DNA of 64,000 nucleotides, from contig DATJPE010000063.1 in the NCBI GenBank assembly GCA_035506535.1, positions 163,903 to 227,902 of the forward strand, written 5' to 3'. The stretch is from Actinomycetes bacterium. GTDB lineage: Bacteria > Actinomycetota > Actinomycetes > DATJPE01. The notes under the pieces are model-generated. The model saw only the letters and a program-made list of their open reading frames with translations. It was not told the origin of the DNA and did no database searches. This document shows positions 1 to 9,838 of the stretch, piece by piece. The translations under genes and the position numbers were made by a program. Each line of letters begins with the position of its first letter. Position 1 is the stretch's first letter.

Positions 1-648
1 GTCCTCCAGCGTCGATACGACGGCGACCCGAAGGGCCTCCCGCTCGTCGGGATCCAGCGTCCCCGCGAGCTTGAACGGCGACATGCGCGCGACGTGCAGG
101 ATCTCGTCGCTGTAGGCGTTCCCGACGCCGGCGATGACGGACTGGTCACGCAGCAGGCCCTTGAGCTGGGTACGCGCGTGCTCGGTGACGATCTCGTCGA
201 ACACCTCCGACGTGAAGCCGGGCGAGAGCGGGTCGGGGCCTAGCCGGGCGATGCCCTCCACCTGCCCGACGTCGTGCACGACGTAGACCGCGAGCTTCTT
301 CTGGGTCCCCTGCTCCGTGACGTCGAAACCGGAGCCGTCGTCGAGGTGCACCCGCAGGGCCAGCGGTCCGCGCCCGGGGCCGACCGGAGTGCGCGGCAGC
401 TCCTCACGCCAGCGAAGCCACCCGGCGCGGGCGAGGTGGATGACCAGGTGCAGGCCGTCGACGTCGAGGTCGAGGAACTTGCCGTGCCGGCCCACATCGG
501 TGACCTCGAGCCCGGCGAGGGCGCTCGGCGGCGGGTCGTAGGTCTTGAGGACGCTGATCGCCGCCACGTCGACACGGGCGACGACCCGCCCCGCGGTCCG
601 CTCGCGCAGGAAGGCGGCGAGGGCCTCGACCTCGGGCAGCTCCGGCAC
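1..648 (-). CDS. Fpg/Nei family DNA glycosylase (formamidopyrimidine/endonuclease VIII type); C-terminal end lies outside the window
   Basis: The reverse-complement translation starts (M)PELPEVEALAAFLRERTAGRVV...GRHGKFL..., the canonical Fpg/Nei N-terminus with catalytic Pro2. The start is a GTG at 648. The ORF runs off the 5' edge of the window. Confidence 0.85.
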   Translation of the reverse strand, partial: MPELPEVEALAAFLRERTAGRVVARVDVAAISVLKTYDPPPSALAGLEVTDVGRHGKFLDLDVDGLHLVIHLARAGWLRWREELPRTPVGPGRGPLALRVHLDDGSGFDVTEQGTQKKLAVYVVHDVGQVEGIARLGPDPLSPGFTSEVFDEIVTEHARTQLKGLLRDQSVIAGVGNAYSDEILHVARMSPFKLAGTLDPDEREALRVAVVSTLED

Positions 649-716
649 CCACCCAGCGTAGGCAGCCGGGTGACGTGACGGCGGAGTTCACCCGATCGGT
701 GTAGCCGGTCGCGGCC

Positions 717-1748
717 GTGGGCACCGACAACCCTGACATGGCCGTGCCCGACACCACGCTCGACGTGCCTGTCCGGACGCGGTCTGACGGGGGTCGACGA
801 CGGCGGCCGAAGCGCTGGGCAGGAGCGCTGGCCGCCGTCGTCGGCGCCGCCGTGGTGATCGGGGCACTCGCACCGGCAGCCGGCGTACGAGCCGGCGCCA
901 GCCCCGGACAGTTCGTCTCCCTGACCAACGGGGCTCGCTCCGCGAACGGGGTGCACGCCCTCGCGAGCGCCGGCGACCTGGCATCGATCGCGCAGCGGCA
1001 GGCCCAGCGGATGGCCGACAAGGGACAGCTCTTCCACAACCCGAACCTGGCCAGCGAGGTGAAGAACTGGCAGAAGGTGGGCGAGAACGTCGGCTACGGT
1101 CCCGACGTCCAGAGCATCCACAACGCCTTCATGCACTCACCCCCGCACCGCGCCAACATCCTCGACTCCGACTTCACCCAGATCGGCGTCGGCGTGGTCG
1201 TGAAGAACGGCGTCGTCTGGGTGTCCGAGGTCTTCCGCGAGCCAGCGGGCAGTGCCTCGACACCGAAGCATCACCACGCCCCGACGCCGAAGCCATCACC
1301 GTCGCCGAAGGCGAAGGCGAAGGCGAAGGCGAAGCCCACCCGCCACGCGTCCTCGAAGGCGACGAAGCGGACCACCGCAACCCATCACGCCACCGCGTCG
1401 GCGACCGCGGCGTCGACGACCGCCGCGCGCGCCCACCGAACGGCCCGCAAGGCCCACCGTCACGCCGTCACCACGGCACCGGCCCTCCTATGGCCGAAGC
1501 GGTACGGCCCGCCGCCCTTCCCCGCCCTCGCGCTCATCGCGCACCTGGCGTCCTCCGGCGCCGAGACGTCCCCATCGCCCGCGTCGTCCGTCGCCGCCGC
1601 CTCGGCGAGCCCCGTCCCAGGCGCGTCCGGCTCCCCGCCGGCTCCAACGCCACCCGCGTCCGCGGGGAGCGGGTCCCAGCCGCCAGTCGGTGGGATCGCC
1701 GCCGCCGTCACGGCCGCGGTGTCCCTGCTGCTCGGCTCCACCGGCTGA
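717..1748 (+). CDS. CAP/SCP (PR-1-like) domain secreted protein with a Lys/Ala/Pro-rich low-complexity linker and a C-terminal hydrophobic segment
   Basis: The translation has an N-terminal hydrophobic signal-like segment and CAP-domain motifs (HNPNL..., GENVGYG, FMHSPPHRANILDSDFTQIGVGV). This is followed by a KAKAKAKAK/PSPSP linker encoded by a hexanucleotide repeat, and a C-terminal hydrophobic stretch. Confidence 0.7.
   Translation: MGTDNPDMAVPDTTLDVPVRTRSDGGRRRRPKRWAGALAAVVGAAVVIGALAPAAGVRAGASPGQFVSLTNGARSANGVHALASAGDLASIAQRQAQRMADKGQLFHNPNLASEVKNWQKVGENVGYGPDVQSIHNAFMHSPPHRANILDSDFTQIGVGVVVKNGVVWVSEVFREPAGSASTPKHHHAPTPKPSPSPKAKAKAKAKPTRHASSKATKRTTATHHATASATAASTTAARAHRTARKAHRHAVTTAPALLWPKRYGPPPFPALALIAHLASSGAETSPSPASSVAAASASPVPGASGSPPAPTPPASAGSGSQPPVGGIAAAVTAAVSLLLGSTG
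1307..1336 (+). repeat. in-frame hexanucleotide tandem repeat (GAAGGC)x4 plus one imperfect unit, inside the CAP-domain gene
   Basis: Direct reading at 1307-1336 (gaaggcgaaggcgaaggcgaaggcgaagcc). It encodes the KAKAKAKAK linker. Confidence 0.8.
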
Positions 1749-1769
1749 TCCCGGCCCCACACTGGGGCC

Positions 1770-2579
1770 GTGGAACGCGTCGAGCTGCTGCGCGACGTCG
1801 ACCGCCCGAGCGGCTGGTTGCTGCTCGTCGACGGCGTCCCGCAGTCCTACGTCGACCCGACCGACCCGGCGTACCTCGACTTCGACTACGTCCGCGCCAT
1901 CGCCGGCCTCGTCGACCTCGCCCTCCCACGACCGCGGCCCCTGTCCGCGGTGCACGTCGGCGGAGGGGGCCTGACGCTGCCCCGGTGGCTGGCCGCGACC
2001 CGACCGGGCTCGATCCAGCTCGTGCTGGAGCCCGACACGGAGGTCACCGCCGAGGTGCGCCGCGTGCTGCCGCTGCCGAGACGAAGCGGCATCCGGGTAC
2101 GGGGCCAGGGCGGGCGCGAGGCCCTGGCCTCCCGGCCTGACGCGAGTGCGGACCTCGTGGTCCTCGACGCCTTCGAGGAGGGTCGGGTGCCCTTCGAGCT
2201 CACCACCACCGAGTACGTCCGCGAGGTGGCCCGCGTCCTGCGTCCCGGCGGGACCTACGTCGTCAACCTCGCGGACGCGCCTCCGCTGACCTTCGCCCGG
2301 CGCGCGGTACGGACCGTCCGGGAGGTCTTCGCGGGCGAGGTCACGGTGCTCGCGCACGCCTCGGTCGTCCGGCGCCGAAGGCACGGGAACGTCGTCATCG
2401 CCGCGGGAGCACCGGTCGACTCCGCCGTCCTGGGGAGGAGCCTGCGATCCGACCCGTTCGCCCTCACGCCGGTGGCGGACGTGGACCGCTTCGTGGGTGG
2501 CCTTCCCCCGCTGCGCGACGGAGATCCGCCGCCCGCTCAGGGCGGGCCGGTCGACGGGTGGCGCATCCCGCGGATGTGA
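1770..2579 (+). CDS. spermidine synthase-like (polyamine aminopropyltransferase fold) protein
   Basis: GTG start immediately after the upstream stop. The translation contains HVGGGGLTLPRWL and DLVVLDAF...YVVNL, typical of the spermidine-synthase-like SAM-fold family. Confidence 0.55.
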   Translation: MERVELLRDVDRPSGWLLLVDGVPQSYVDPTDPAYLDFDYVRAIAGLVDLALPRPRPLSAVHVGGGGLTLPRWLAATRPGSIQLVLEPDTEVTAEVRRVLPLPRRSGIRVRGQGGREALASRPDASADLVVLDAFEEGRVPFELTTTEYVREVARVLRPGGTYVVNLADAPPLTFARRAVRTVREVFAGEVTVLAHASVVRRRRHGNVVIAAGAPVDSAVLGRSLRSDPFALTPVADVDRFVGGLPPLRDGDPPPAQGGPVDGWRIPRM

Positions 2580-2629
2580 GAGGCGCCCCTGCGTCCGGCG
2601 CCAGTCGGCCCATCAGGGAGACTCCTGGG

Positions 2630-3028
2630 ATGCTCGCGTCCTTCGCCGACACCGTCCGCCTGTCGTTGCACGTGCTCGGGGCGACCATCTGGGTGGGCGG
2701 TCAGATCACTCTGGCCGCGCTGGTGCCCGTCCTGCGCCGCACTCCGGAGGCTGCCCAGGCGGCCGCGCGGGCGTTCAACCGCATCGCGTGGCCGGCCTTC
2801 GCCGTGCTCGTGCTGACCGGCTTCTGGAACGTGGCCGTCCAGCCGTCGGACACGACCAGCAGCTATCGAGCGGTGCTCGGCCTCAAGATGGCTGTCGTCG
2901 TGCTGTCCGGTGTCTCCGCCTACGTGCACACCAAGGTGAGCGGCCGCACCCAGATCGCCGTGTGGGGCGCGATCAGTGGCCTGACCGCGATCACGGCCGT
3001 CGTCCTGGGCGTGCTGCTCGCGGGCTAG
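2630..3028 (+). CDS. small integral membrane protein (about 4 predicted TM helices), function unknown
   Basis: ATG at 2630 (MLASFADTVRLSLHVLGATIWVGG...). The sequence is strongly hydrophobic throughout. The longer ORF from 2558 would overlap the upstream gene, so I prefer the shorter start. Confidence 0.5.
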   Translation: MLASFADTVRLSLHVLGATIWVGGQITLAALVPVLRRTPEAAQAAARAFNRIAWPAFAVLVLTGFWNVAVQPSDTTSSYRAVLGLKMAVVVLSGVSAYVHTKVSGRTQIAVWGAISGLTAITAVVLGVLLAG

Positions 3029-3059
3029 CAGGCTAGCCAGGGGTCGCCCCGACGTCTCC

Positions 3060-4613
3060 TCAGGTGATCTTCACCGAGCAGACGCCCTTGTAGTACAGGG
3101 ACTTGGATGCGGTCGCGGTCACGGTGCCCTTGGCGTGCCCCTTGGCCACGGTGATCTTCGCAACGCCGTGGCTGTTCGTGTGGGCCTTGTGCCCGAGGAA
3201 GGTCACCGTCGCACCGGAGACCGCCTGACCGGCGTCGGTGACGGTGAAGGTGACCGCCGTGGACTTGGCGTGGCTCACCTTGGTCGGGGACGCCTTGATC
3301 GTCAGCCCCTCGAGCACCTGCGTGTGGTAGAGGTTGACCGGCGCTCCGTTGGAGCCCTGCTGCACAGCCGCAACCAGGTCGATGCGGCCCGACGACGACT
3401 CCGAGAACAACCCGTCGAAGTTGGCGAAGTCGGACTGCTTGATCGGGTTCTTGACGGTGCGCACGACCCCGAAGCCCGTCGCGCTCGTGTTGGTCCGCAC
3501 GACGTCGATGACGTCCTTGGTGTTGTCGAACCACGCCACCACGAGCCGGCCCTTCGGCCCGGCGCTGAGGCTGACGTGCCGCACGTCGTGCCCGGAGGAC
3601 CCGGGGACCACCTTGGCGGTCGAGCTGCCGACCTTCCACAGGTCGATGTGGGCGCAGGCCAGCGCCTTGGTCGGAACGCAGTAGGCCAGGTAGACACCCC
3701 CACCGGTCCGGGCGGCCAGCCCGATCGGACCGTGCGGCTCGTTGTCGGGCAGGTTGGTGTCCTTGGAGTGCGGGGCGAGCATCGGCGTACCCAGCTTCGG
3801 GGTGCCTTGCGGGGTCAGGATCTGCCGGATCCAGTAGCCCGGCTGGGTGTTGGACCCCTCGTACCACGCCTCGTAGATCGTGCCGTCCGAGTTGCGCACG
3901 AGGGCGTTGTTCTCGAGGTCGTAGGCCGACCCGTGGGTGAAGGTCGAGTCGAGCGTCTTCGCAGGGATCGAGGGATCGACGCCCACGTGGAAGTACAGCG
4001 TGTTGTTCAGCCCCTGCGAGGCGACTGGCGTGCCGTCCTTCTCGGTCGTCGCGGCGTCGTACTGGTTGAAGGCGGTGTGGCTGGAGAGGGAGCCGTTGAC
4101 CAGGGTCCAGGAGTTCCCGTTGGTGCTGGTCGCGGTGTAGACGGTCCCGATCGAGAAGGGGTTCTTGTTGTTGCCGTCCTGTCCACCGTCGAAGACCACC
4201 CGGAGGCCGGTACCGTCGGGCACGAGGGAGAGGGCATCACCCAGGCCGAACCAGTGGCTGATCGCGGCACCGTTGTGGAGGATGCCGCCCGACAGCGCGA
4301 AAGTCGTGGACCGGATGTCTTCGTCGTCGAACTTGTTCGTGGTGACCCAGACCGCGTGCAGGTGCCCGTCGGCGGTACGGAGCAGCCCGACGTTGACGAA
4401 CGAGCTCACCGTGCCGCTGGAGAACTTCTGCCACACACCCGGGGCGACGCTCGCCACCCGGGTCCGCGTCGCCGAGGTGGACGAACCCGCACCCGACGGC
4501 CTGGCCGGCGCCCCGGTCGACACCGAACGCGCCTGCGCGGCTTGCGGGACCAGCAAGCCGCCTGCCGCGAGGATGCTCGCTCCACCCACTACGAGGATGC
4601 GCCGACGTCCCAT
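3060..4613 (-). CDS. secreted protein of unknown function (signal peptide, C-terminal Ig-like beta region)
   Basis: ATG at 4613 gives MGRRRILVVGGASILAAGGLLVPQAAQA, a signal peptide. The mature protein is about 490 aa and Ser/Thr/Gly-rich. The C-terminus (TFTVTDAGQAVSGATVTFLGHKAHTNSHGVAKITV) resembles a bacterial Ig-like domain. Confidence 0.55.
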   Translation of the reverse strand: MGRRRILVVGGASILAAGGLLVPQAAQARSVSTGAPARPSGAGSSTSATRTRVASVAPGVWQKFSSGTVSSFVNVGLLRTADGHLHAVWVTTNKFDDEDIRSTTFALSGGILHNGAAISHWFGLGDALSLVPDGTGLRVVFDGGQDGNNKNPFSIGTVYTATSTNGNSWTLVNGSLSSHTAFNQYDAATTEKDGTPVASQGLNNTLYFHVGVDPSIPAKTLDSTFTHGSAYDLENNALVRNSDGTIYEAWYEGSNTQPGYWIRQILTPQGTPKLGTPMLAPHSKDTNLPDNEPHGPIGLAARTGGGVYLAYCVPTKALACAHIDLWKVGSSTAKVVPGSSGHDVRHVSLSAGPKGRLVVAWFDNTKDVIDVVRTNTSATGFGVVRTVKNPIKQSDFANFDGLFSESSSGRIDLVAAVQQGSNGAPVNLYHTQVLEGLTIKASPTKVSHAKSTAVTFTVTDAGQAVSGATVTFLGHKAHTNSHGVAKITVAKGHAKGTVTATASKSLYYKGVCSVKIT

Positions 4614-4763
4614 GGCCGCCCCCAGCCGAGAAGACCTGATGTCTCGGCGAACGTAAGCCCGCTGCCGCCGGGGGTCAACGGCGGATCGATGAACGTTGCC
4701 CGAAGGGCCACTCGATCGAGTGACCAGGGAGCCCACGGCTCCAACCGGACGCTGACGAACCGC

Positions 4764-5177
4764 TCAGAAGAAGGAGTCGAGCAGCGCTGTGAGCTCGACT
4801 TCGACGAGCTGTCCGGCGTAGCCGAGCTGACTGACCCCGAGCAGCGTGCTCGCGGTGCTGAAGGCCGGGGCGAGCGCGGAGCGAGTGAGCCGGTCCCAGG
4901 CCTGCGCGAGGTCGCCGCGGTCCCACGACTGGACGTAGATGACGCTGCGCACGACCTGGTCGGCTCGGGCGCCGACGGACGCGAGCGCCGCCAGGCAGTT
5001 CGCCACGACCTGGTCGACCTGGGCGTCCAGGTCGTCGCGGCCAACGAGGTTGCCGTCGGCATCGAGGGGGCACTGGCCCGCAAGGTAGGCGCGACGGTTC
5101 CCCTCGGCGATCGTCACGTGCGCGTAGCCGGGGGTCCGGTGCAGCCCGGGCGGGTTGATGCGCCTGATCTTCGCCAC
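4764..5177 (-). CDS. RidA/YjgF/TdcF family reactive-intermediate deaminase
   Basis: 137 aa. The translation has the YjgF-family C-terminal region (VRSVIYVQSWDRGDLAQAWD...LGVSQLGYAGQLVEVELTALL). Confidence 0.8.
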   Translation of the reverse strand: MAKIRRINPPGLHRTPGYAHVTIAEGNRRAYLAGQCPLDADGNLVGRDDLDAQVDQVVANCLAALASVGARADQVVRSVIYVQSWDRGDLAQAWDRLTRSALAPAFSTASTLLGVSQLGYAGQLVEVELTALLDSFF

Positions 5178-5188
5178 GGCCCGTCAGC

Positions 5189-5920
5189 CTAGGAGAGGAT
5201 CGCCGCCACCTGGTTCGCGAGGGCGACCGCGACCTCTCGCTGCTCGCGTGACGGGTGGCTCCCGCTGCGCGCTCGCATGAGGTAGCGGCCGCGCAGGGCA
5301 CCTCCGCGCTCCACCACCAGCTCGACCTCGTCGACCGGGAGCGGGGCAGCGTCGTCGGGGAGCAGCCGGCCGTGCCACTCCAGCTCCGCGTCGGGTCGCA
5401 GTCTGACCGGGGATCCGACACCGGCAACCCCACGCTCGAAGCGACACTCGGACAGGCCGAGCACCCTGGTCAGCTCAGACCCGACCTGGGTGAGCACGGC
5501 CGAGGCCGAGGTTCCCGACGTCGCGGCTTCGGCGGCCGCCCTGATGCCGGCCAGGTACGCCGCGTCGCGCTCCGCGCGTGCATAGGACTTGCGTCCCCAC
5601 CAGGCGATCTCGGTGACGGCGACTCCCACCGCGAGCAGCAGCACCGTGGTCCACACGTCGGCGCGATTGGTGATCGTGAGGTGGCCATAGGGCTTGGTGA
5701 GAAGCACGTCGAACCACACACCCGAGGAGATCGCCGCGACCACCCCGGCGACCCGGTTGCCGTTGGCCGCCACCGCGACCACGACGAGAACCAGGACGAG
5801 AGCGGCATTGGTGTTCGCCACGTGCCCACGGAACGGAACGAGGGCGGCGGTGACCAGCAACGGCCCGAGGAGGGCGCCGAGCAGGGCGATCCGGTCGCGA
5901 AGGGGCCAGCGGGTCTGCAC
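5189..5920 (-). CDS. DUF4118-containing membrane protein (KdpD-type sensor transmembrane domain) with a C-terminal soluble domain
   Basis: The TM block ALVLVLVVVAVAA...GVWFDVLLTKPYGHLTITNRADVWTTVLLLAVGV matches the KdpD N-terminal membrane domain signature (FDFFF..P...T..d). Confidence 0.6.
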   Translation of the reverse strand: MQTRWPLRDRIALLGALLGPLLVTAALVPFRGHVANTNAALVLVLVVVAVAANGNRVAGVVAAISSGVWFDVLLTKPYGHLTITNRADVWTTVLLLAVGVAVTEIAWWGRKSYARAERDAAYLAGIRAAAEAATSGTSASAVLTQVGSELTRVLGLSECRFERGVAGVGSPVRLRPDAELEWHGRLLPDDAAPLPVDEVELVVERGGALRGRYLMRARSGSHPSREQREVAVALANQVAAILS

Positions 5921-6012
5921 CCTTCCGATGGTCTACGGCAGCCGCCGGAGGTCAACGCCCCGAGGCCGTTCTCTACGCGACCTTGACGCCCGCAGCGTCG
6001 TACCTGACACCG

Positions 6013-7635
6013 TCAATCGGCCAGCGCTGCGGCCACGATCGCCTTTGCCTCCTCCTGAACCCGGGCCAGGTGCTGCGGACCGAGGAAGGACTCGGCGTAG
6101 AGCTTGTAGACGTCCTCGGTGCCCGACGGCCGAGCCGCGAACCAGGCGTTGCGCGTGCAGACCTTCAGCCCGCCCAGTGCCGCGCCGTTGCCCGGCGCGG
6201 TGGTGAGCCGCGCCGTGATCGGCTCCCCGGCCAGCTCGGTGACGCTCACCTGCTCCGGCGACAGCTGGGAGAGGAGCACCTTCTGCTCGCGGGTCGCCGG
6301 GGAGTCGATGCGCGCGTACGCCGGATCGCCGTACTTACGCGTCAGCTCGCGGTAGCGCGCCGACGGTGACTCACCGGTGACCGCGGTCATCTCCGAGGCG
6401 AGCAGGCACAAGATGATGCCGTCCTTGTCGGTGGTCCACACCGACCCGGAACGTTGGAGGAAGCTCGCCCCCGCCGACTCCTCGCCGCCGAAGGCGACCG
6501 ACCCGTCGAGCAGGCCCGGCACGAACCACTTGAAGCCGACCGGGACCTCGAGCAGGGTCCGGCCGAGGCCCTCGGTGACTCGGTCGATCATCGAGGAGCT
6601 CACGAGGGTCTTGCCGACCGCCGCCTCCGCGGGCCAGCCGTCGCGGCGCGCGTACAGGTAGTCGATGGCGACCGCGAGGTAGTGGTTGGGGTTCATCAGC
6701 CCGCCATCCGGCGTGACAATGCCGTGGCGGTCGGCGTCGGTGTCGTTGCCCGTCGCGATGTCGTAGTCGGCCTGCTTGGCGATCAGGCTCGCCATGGCCG
6801 ACGGCGACGAGCAGTCCATCCGGATCTTGCCGTCCCAGTCGAGGGTCATGAAGCGGAAGGTGGGGTCCACCTCCGGGTTGACGACGGTGAGGTCGAGGTC
6901 GTAACGCTCGCCGATCGCCCCCCAGTACGCGACGCTCGCGCCACCGAGGGGGTCGGCTCCGATGCGTACGCCCGCCTCGCGGATCGCGTCCAGGTCGACG
7001 ACGGCGCCCAGCGAGCCGACGTAGGCGTCGAGGAAGTCGTAGGTCTTGGGCGCGACGCGGGCGAGGGAGACCCGGCGGACCCCGTGGAGCCCGGCACGCA
7101 GCAGAGAGTTGGCGCGGTCCTGGATCCACCCGGTGATCTCCGTGCCCGCCGGGCCGCCGTCCGGTGGGTTGTACTTGAACCCGCCGTCGGGCGGGGGATT
7201 GTGCGACGGCGTCACGCACACGCCGTCCGCCCGAGCACCCGCGGCGTTGGCCTCGAGGATCGCCCGGGACACCGACGGGGTCGGCGTGTAGCCGCCTCGG
7301 GCGTCGACGAGGACCTCGACGTCGTTGGCGAGGAACACCTCCTGGGCACTCACCGTCGCCGGCTCGGACAAGGCGTGGGTGTCCGCGCCCAGGAACAGTG
7401 GCCCGGTGATGCCCTGCGTCGCGCGGTAGTCGCAGATGGCCTGGCTCGTCGCGAGGATGTGGTCCTCGTTGAAACTCGCGGTGAAAGCGGAGCCGCGGTG
7501 CCCGGAGGTGCCGAAGGCGACCCGTTGCCCCGGGTCGTCCGGGTCAGGGTGGACGGTGAAGTAGGCGGTGACCAGCTTCGCGACGTCGACCAGGTCGGCC
7601 GCCGTCGCAGGATGCCCGGCGCGGGGGTGGCTCAT
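6013..7635 (-). CDS. pgm: phosphoglucomutase (alpha-D-glucose phosphate-specific)
   Basis: The translation [26 protein letters not shown]...FGTSGHRG contains the catalytic phosphoserine loop TSGHRG. It is full length (about 540 aa) and collinear with E. coli Pgm. The ATG at 7635 was chosen by alignment with the E. coli Pgm N-terminus. Confidence 0.9.
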   Translation of the reverse strand: MSHPRAGHPATAADLVDVAKLVTAYFTVHPDPDDPGQRVAFGTSGHRGSAFTASFNEDHILATSQAICDYRATQGITGPLFLGADTHALSEPATVSAQEVFLANDVEVLVDARGGYTPTPSVSRAILEANAAGARADGVCVTPSHNPPPDGGFKYNPPDGGPAGTEITGWIQDRANSLLRAGLHGVRRVSLARVAPKTYDFLDAYVGSLGAVVDLDAIREAGVRIGADPLGGASVAYWGAIGERYDLDLTVVNPEVDPTFRFMTLDWDGKIRMDCSSPSAMASLIAKQADYDIATGNDTDADRHGIVTPDGGLMNPNHYLAVAIDYLYARRDGWPAEAAVGKTLVSSSMIDRVTEGLGRTLLEVPVGFKWFVPGLLDGSVAFGGEESAGASFLQRSGSVWTTDKDGIILCLLASEMTAVTGESPSARYRELTRKYGDPAYARIDSPATREQKVLLSQLSPEQVSVTELAGEPITARLTTAPGNGAALGGLKVCTRNAWFAARPSGTEDVYKLYAESFLGPQHLARVQEEAKAIVAAALAD

Positions 7636-7695
7636 GAGGCCGATCCTGGCACTGTCCGGCCCGAGCGGCATCGCCCTCGAGGCAGGCCGCTCGCA

Positions 7696-8382
7696 TCAGC
7701 CGAGGGGTGGCTCGTGCCCGCCCGTGTCCAGCCGGAACGGCGGGTAGGTGTCGGTCATCAGAGCGGCGTACGCCGCCACGCGCAGGACCCAGCGGTCCAG
7801 GCCGATGATCAGGTCGAACAGCGAGCTCGGGTAGCGGCCGGTCACCGCCAGCACGACGGCCGCGACCACGGCGAGCAACCCGACCAGGCCACCCCCGAGG
7901 CTGACCCAGCTGTGCTGGAGCGCCAGCCAGGACCCGCCGACGAAGATCCCCACGATGATGTAGTGGGGCAGCCCGATGAGCCACTTGACGAGGACCAGGC
8001 CATGGGAGAGCCGCTCTGGGTACTCCACGTCGAGGCGCGCCGGGTAGTCGGGCACCTCGCCGAGGGAGAACGGCGGGTAGCGGTCGGTCCCGAAACCGCC
8101 CTCCGAGTAGTAGGCCACCCGCCAGGTCCAGCGCAGCACGCCCAGGTTGTAGTCGAACAGCGGGCGCGGGTAGCGCCCGGTCACGACGATCGCCACCAGC
8201 GCGGCCAGTGCGGCGACGACGAAACCCAGCCACAGGAAGGCGAGCACCACCAGGTGGGGGATCACGAGGACCCACTTGACGAGCCACAGCCAGCGCGACA
8301 GGGGCACCTGCAGCGTGGCGTCGACACGGACGGCGTACGGCCTCGGGGCAGGGAGGGCACCCGGTGTCGCGGCAGTCGACAT
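7696..8382 (-). CDS. DUF4389-like membrane protein with an internal tandem duplication
   Basis: ATG at 8382 is preceded by GAGAGGAGG. The translation has two homologous halves, each ending in a TGRYP..LFD...W..R(V)..Y....YPPF(S/R)L motif. Confidence 0.5.
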   Translation of the reverse strand: MSTAATPGALPAPRPYAVRVDATLQVPLSRWLWLVKWVLVIPHLVVLAFLWLGFVVAALAALVAIVVTGRYPRPLFDYNLGVLRWTWRVAYYSEGGFGTDRYPPFSLGEVPDYPARLDVEYPERLSHGLVLVKWLIGLPHYIIVGIFVGGSWLALQHSWVSLGGGLVGLLAVVAAVVLAVTGRYPSSLFDLIIGLDRWVLRVAAYAALMTDTYPPFRLDTGGHEPPLG

Positions 8383-8641
8383 CGTCGGCCTCCTCTCACT
8401 CTCAGGTGGTGACCGACCGGAGGTTGGCCGTGCCGAGAAGGACGATCGCCAACCCCTCCACGGTGGCCGGTCGTGGCCGGTCCGGGCCAGGGCCCAAGGG
8501 CCCGGCGGGGACCTGCCGTGCGAGCTGGTCAGGTTCGCCCGTTGGGGCGGACCTGACGCCACGAAGGACCATGTCCGGGGGGAGCCTCGTCCTGACCGCG
8601 CGAACAGGAGCAGACTCGGGCTGCCGCCCCGGGAGGACTGC
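8383..8641 (+). promoter_or_regulatory. 259-bp GC-rich, structured 5' leader/intergenic region upstream of the decarboxylase-Crp operon
   Basis: This is an unusually long non-coding gap for this window. It contains nested GC inverted repeats (ggccggtcgtggccggtccgggccagggcccaagggcccgg). I recognise no known riboswitch consensus. Confidence 0.25.
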
Positions 8642-9838
8642 ATGACCCTCACTCAGCGTCAGCGCGACCACATCGACGCACATCCCGACCGCAGCCCGTA
8701 CGTCGTGCTCGACCTCGACGTCGTCGCTCACAAGTACGTCGAGCTCGTGGAGTCGCTCCCCGGCGTCGCCGTGTACTACGCGGTCAAGGCCAACCCGGCA
8801 CCGGACGTGCTGAGCCTGCTGAACCGGATGGGTTCGTCCTTCGACGTGGCCTCCATCGGCGAGGTGCGCCAGTGCCTCGACGTGGGTGTGCAGCCGCAGC
8901 AGATGAGCTTCGGGAACACGGTCAAGAAGGCGAGCGCCGTGCGCGAGGCCGTCGAGCTCGGAGTCACCACCTTCGCCTTCGACAGCGACAGCGAGCTGGA
9001 CAAGCTCATCGAGCTCGCGCCGGGGTCCATAGCCTTCTGCCGAGTCCTGTGCGACGGGCTCGGTGCCGCGTGGCCGCTGTCCCGCAAGTTCGGCTGCACC
9101 CCAGGGCTGGCCGTCGGGATGCTGCGGCGGGCGGCGAGGAGCGGCCTGCGGCCGGGGATCTCCTTCCATGTCGGGTCCCAGCAGTTCGACCCGGCGGCCT
9201 GGGACCGCGCCCTCGCCCTCGTGGCGGACCTGCGCGCGGAGCTGCGGGCAGACGGCATCGAGCTCGAGCTGGTCAACCTGGGGGGTGGGCTCCCGGGTTC
9301 GTACGTCGAGCGGGTCCCGCCCACGGCCGAGTACGGCCGTGCCATCACCGACGCGGTGCGCCGACGGCTCGGACCGGCGCTGCCGCCACAGCTGCTCGTC
9401 GAGCCCGGCCGCTACCTGGTCGGGGACGCCGGCGCCCTCGCGTGTGAAGTCGTGACGGTCGGCCGGAAGTCGGCGAGCGACGAGCACCGGTGGGTCTACC
9501 TCGACGTGGGCGCCTTCTCCGGACTCGCCGAGACGCTCGGTGAGGCCATCCGCTACCCGATCGAGGTCTACGGCGGCGCGCCCGGGCGAGCGAGTGGTCC
9601 GGTGGTCCTCGCCGGCCCGACCTGCGACAGCGCCGACATCCTCTACGAGACCGTCGACTACGAGCTGCCGCTCGACCTGCGACCCGGCGAGCGGATCGTG
9701 ATCCGGTCCGTCGGCGCGTACACGACGAGCTACAGCACGGTCGGGTTCAACGGCTTCCCGCCGCTGGAGCTCGAGGTCCTGCCGGCCACCGTCGACCTGT
9801 CCGTCGTGCGCCTCTCGCCCGAACGGGCGAGCGCCTGA
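8642..9838 (+). CDS. fold-III PLP-dependent decarboxylase (ornithine/lysine/diaminopimelate decarboxylase family)
   Basis: ATG at 8642. The PLP-lysine motif VYYAVKANPAPDVL is present, and the protein (about 398 aa) has an alanine-racemase-like N-domain and a C-terminal beta domain. Confidence 0.8.
   Translation: MTLTQRQRDHIDAHPDRSPYVVLDLDVVAHKYVELVESLPGVAVYYAVKANPAPDVLSLLNRMGSSFDVASIGEVRQCLDVGVQPQQMSFGNTVKKASAVREAVELGVTTFAFDSDSELDKLIELAPGSIAFCRVLCDGLGAAWPLSRKFGCTPGLAVGMLRRAARSGLRPGISFHVGSQQFDPAAWDRALALVADLRAELRADGIELELVNLGGGLPGSYVERVPPTAEYGRAITDAVRRRLGPALPPQLLVEPGRYLVGDAGALACEVVTVGRKSASDEHRWVYLDVGAFSGLAETLGEAIRYPIEVYGGAPGRASGPVVLAGPTCDSADILYETVDYELPLDLRPGERIVIRSVGAYTTSYSTVGFNGFPPLELEVLPATVDLSVVRLSPERASA

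Noticed and set aside
1252-1974. 240-aa Arg/Pro-rich ORF
   Set aside because: It is an alternative frame of the CAP-domain and spermidine-synthase-like genes with extreme R/P composition. It is not coding.
6454-8412. 652-aa ORF on the + strand
   Set aside because: It is antisense to pgm and the DUF4389 gene. Its translation is Arg/Gly/Asp-rich with no domain-like segments, typical of spurious open frames in high-GC DNA.
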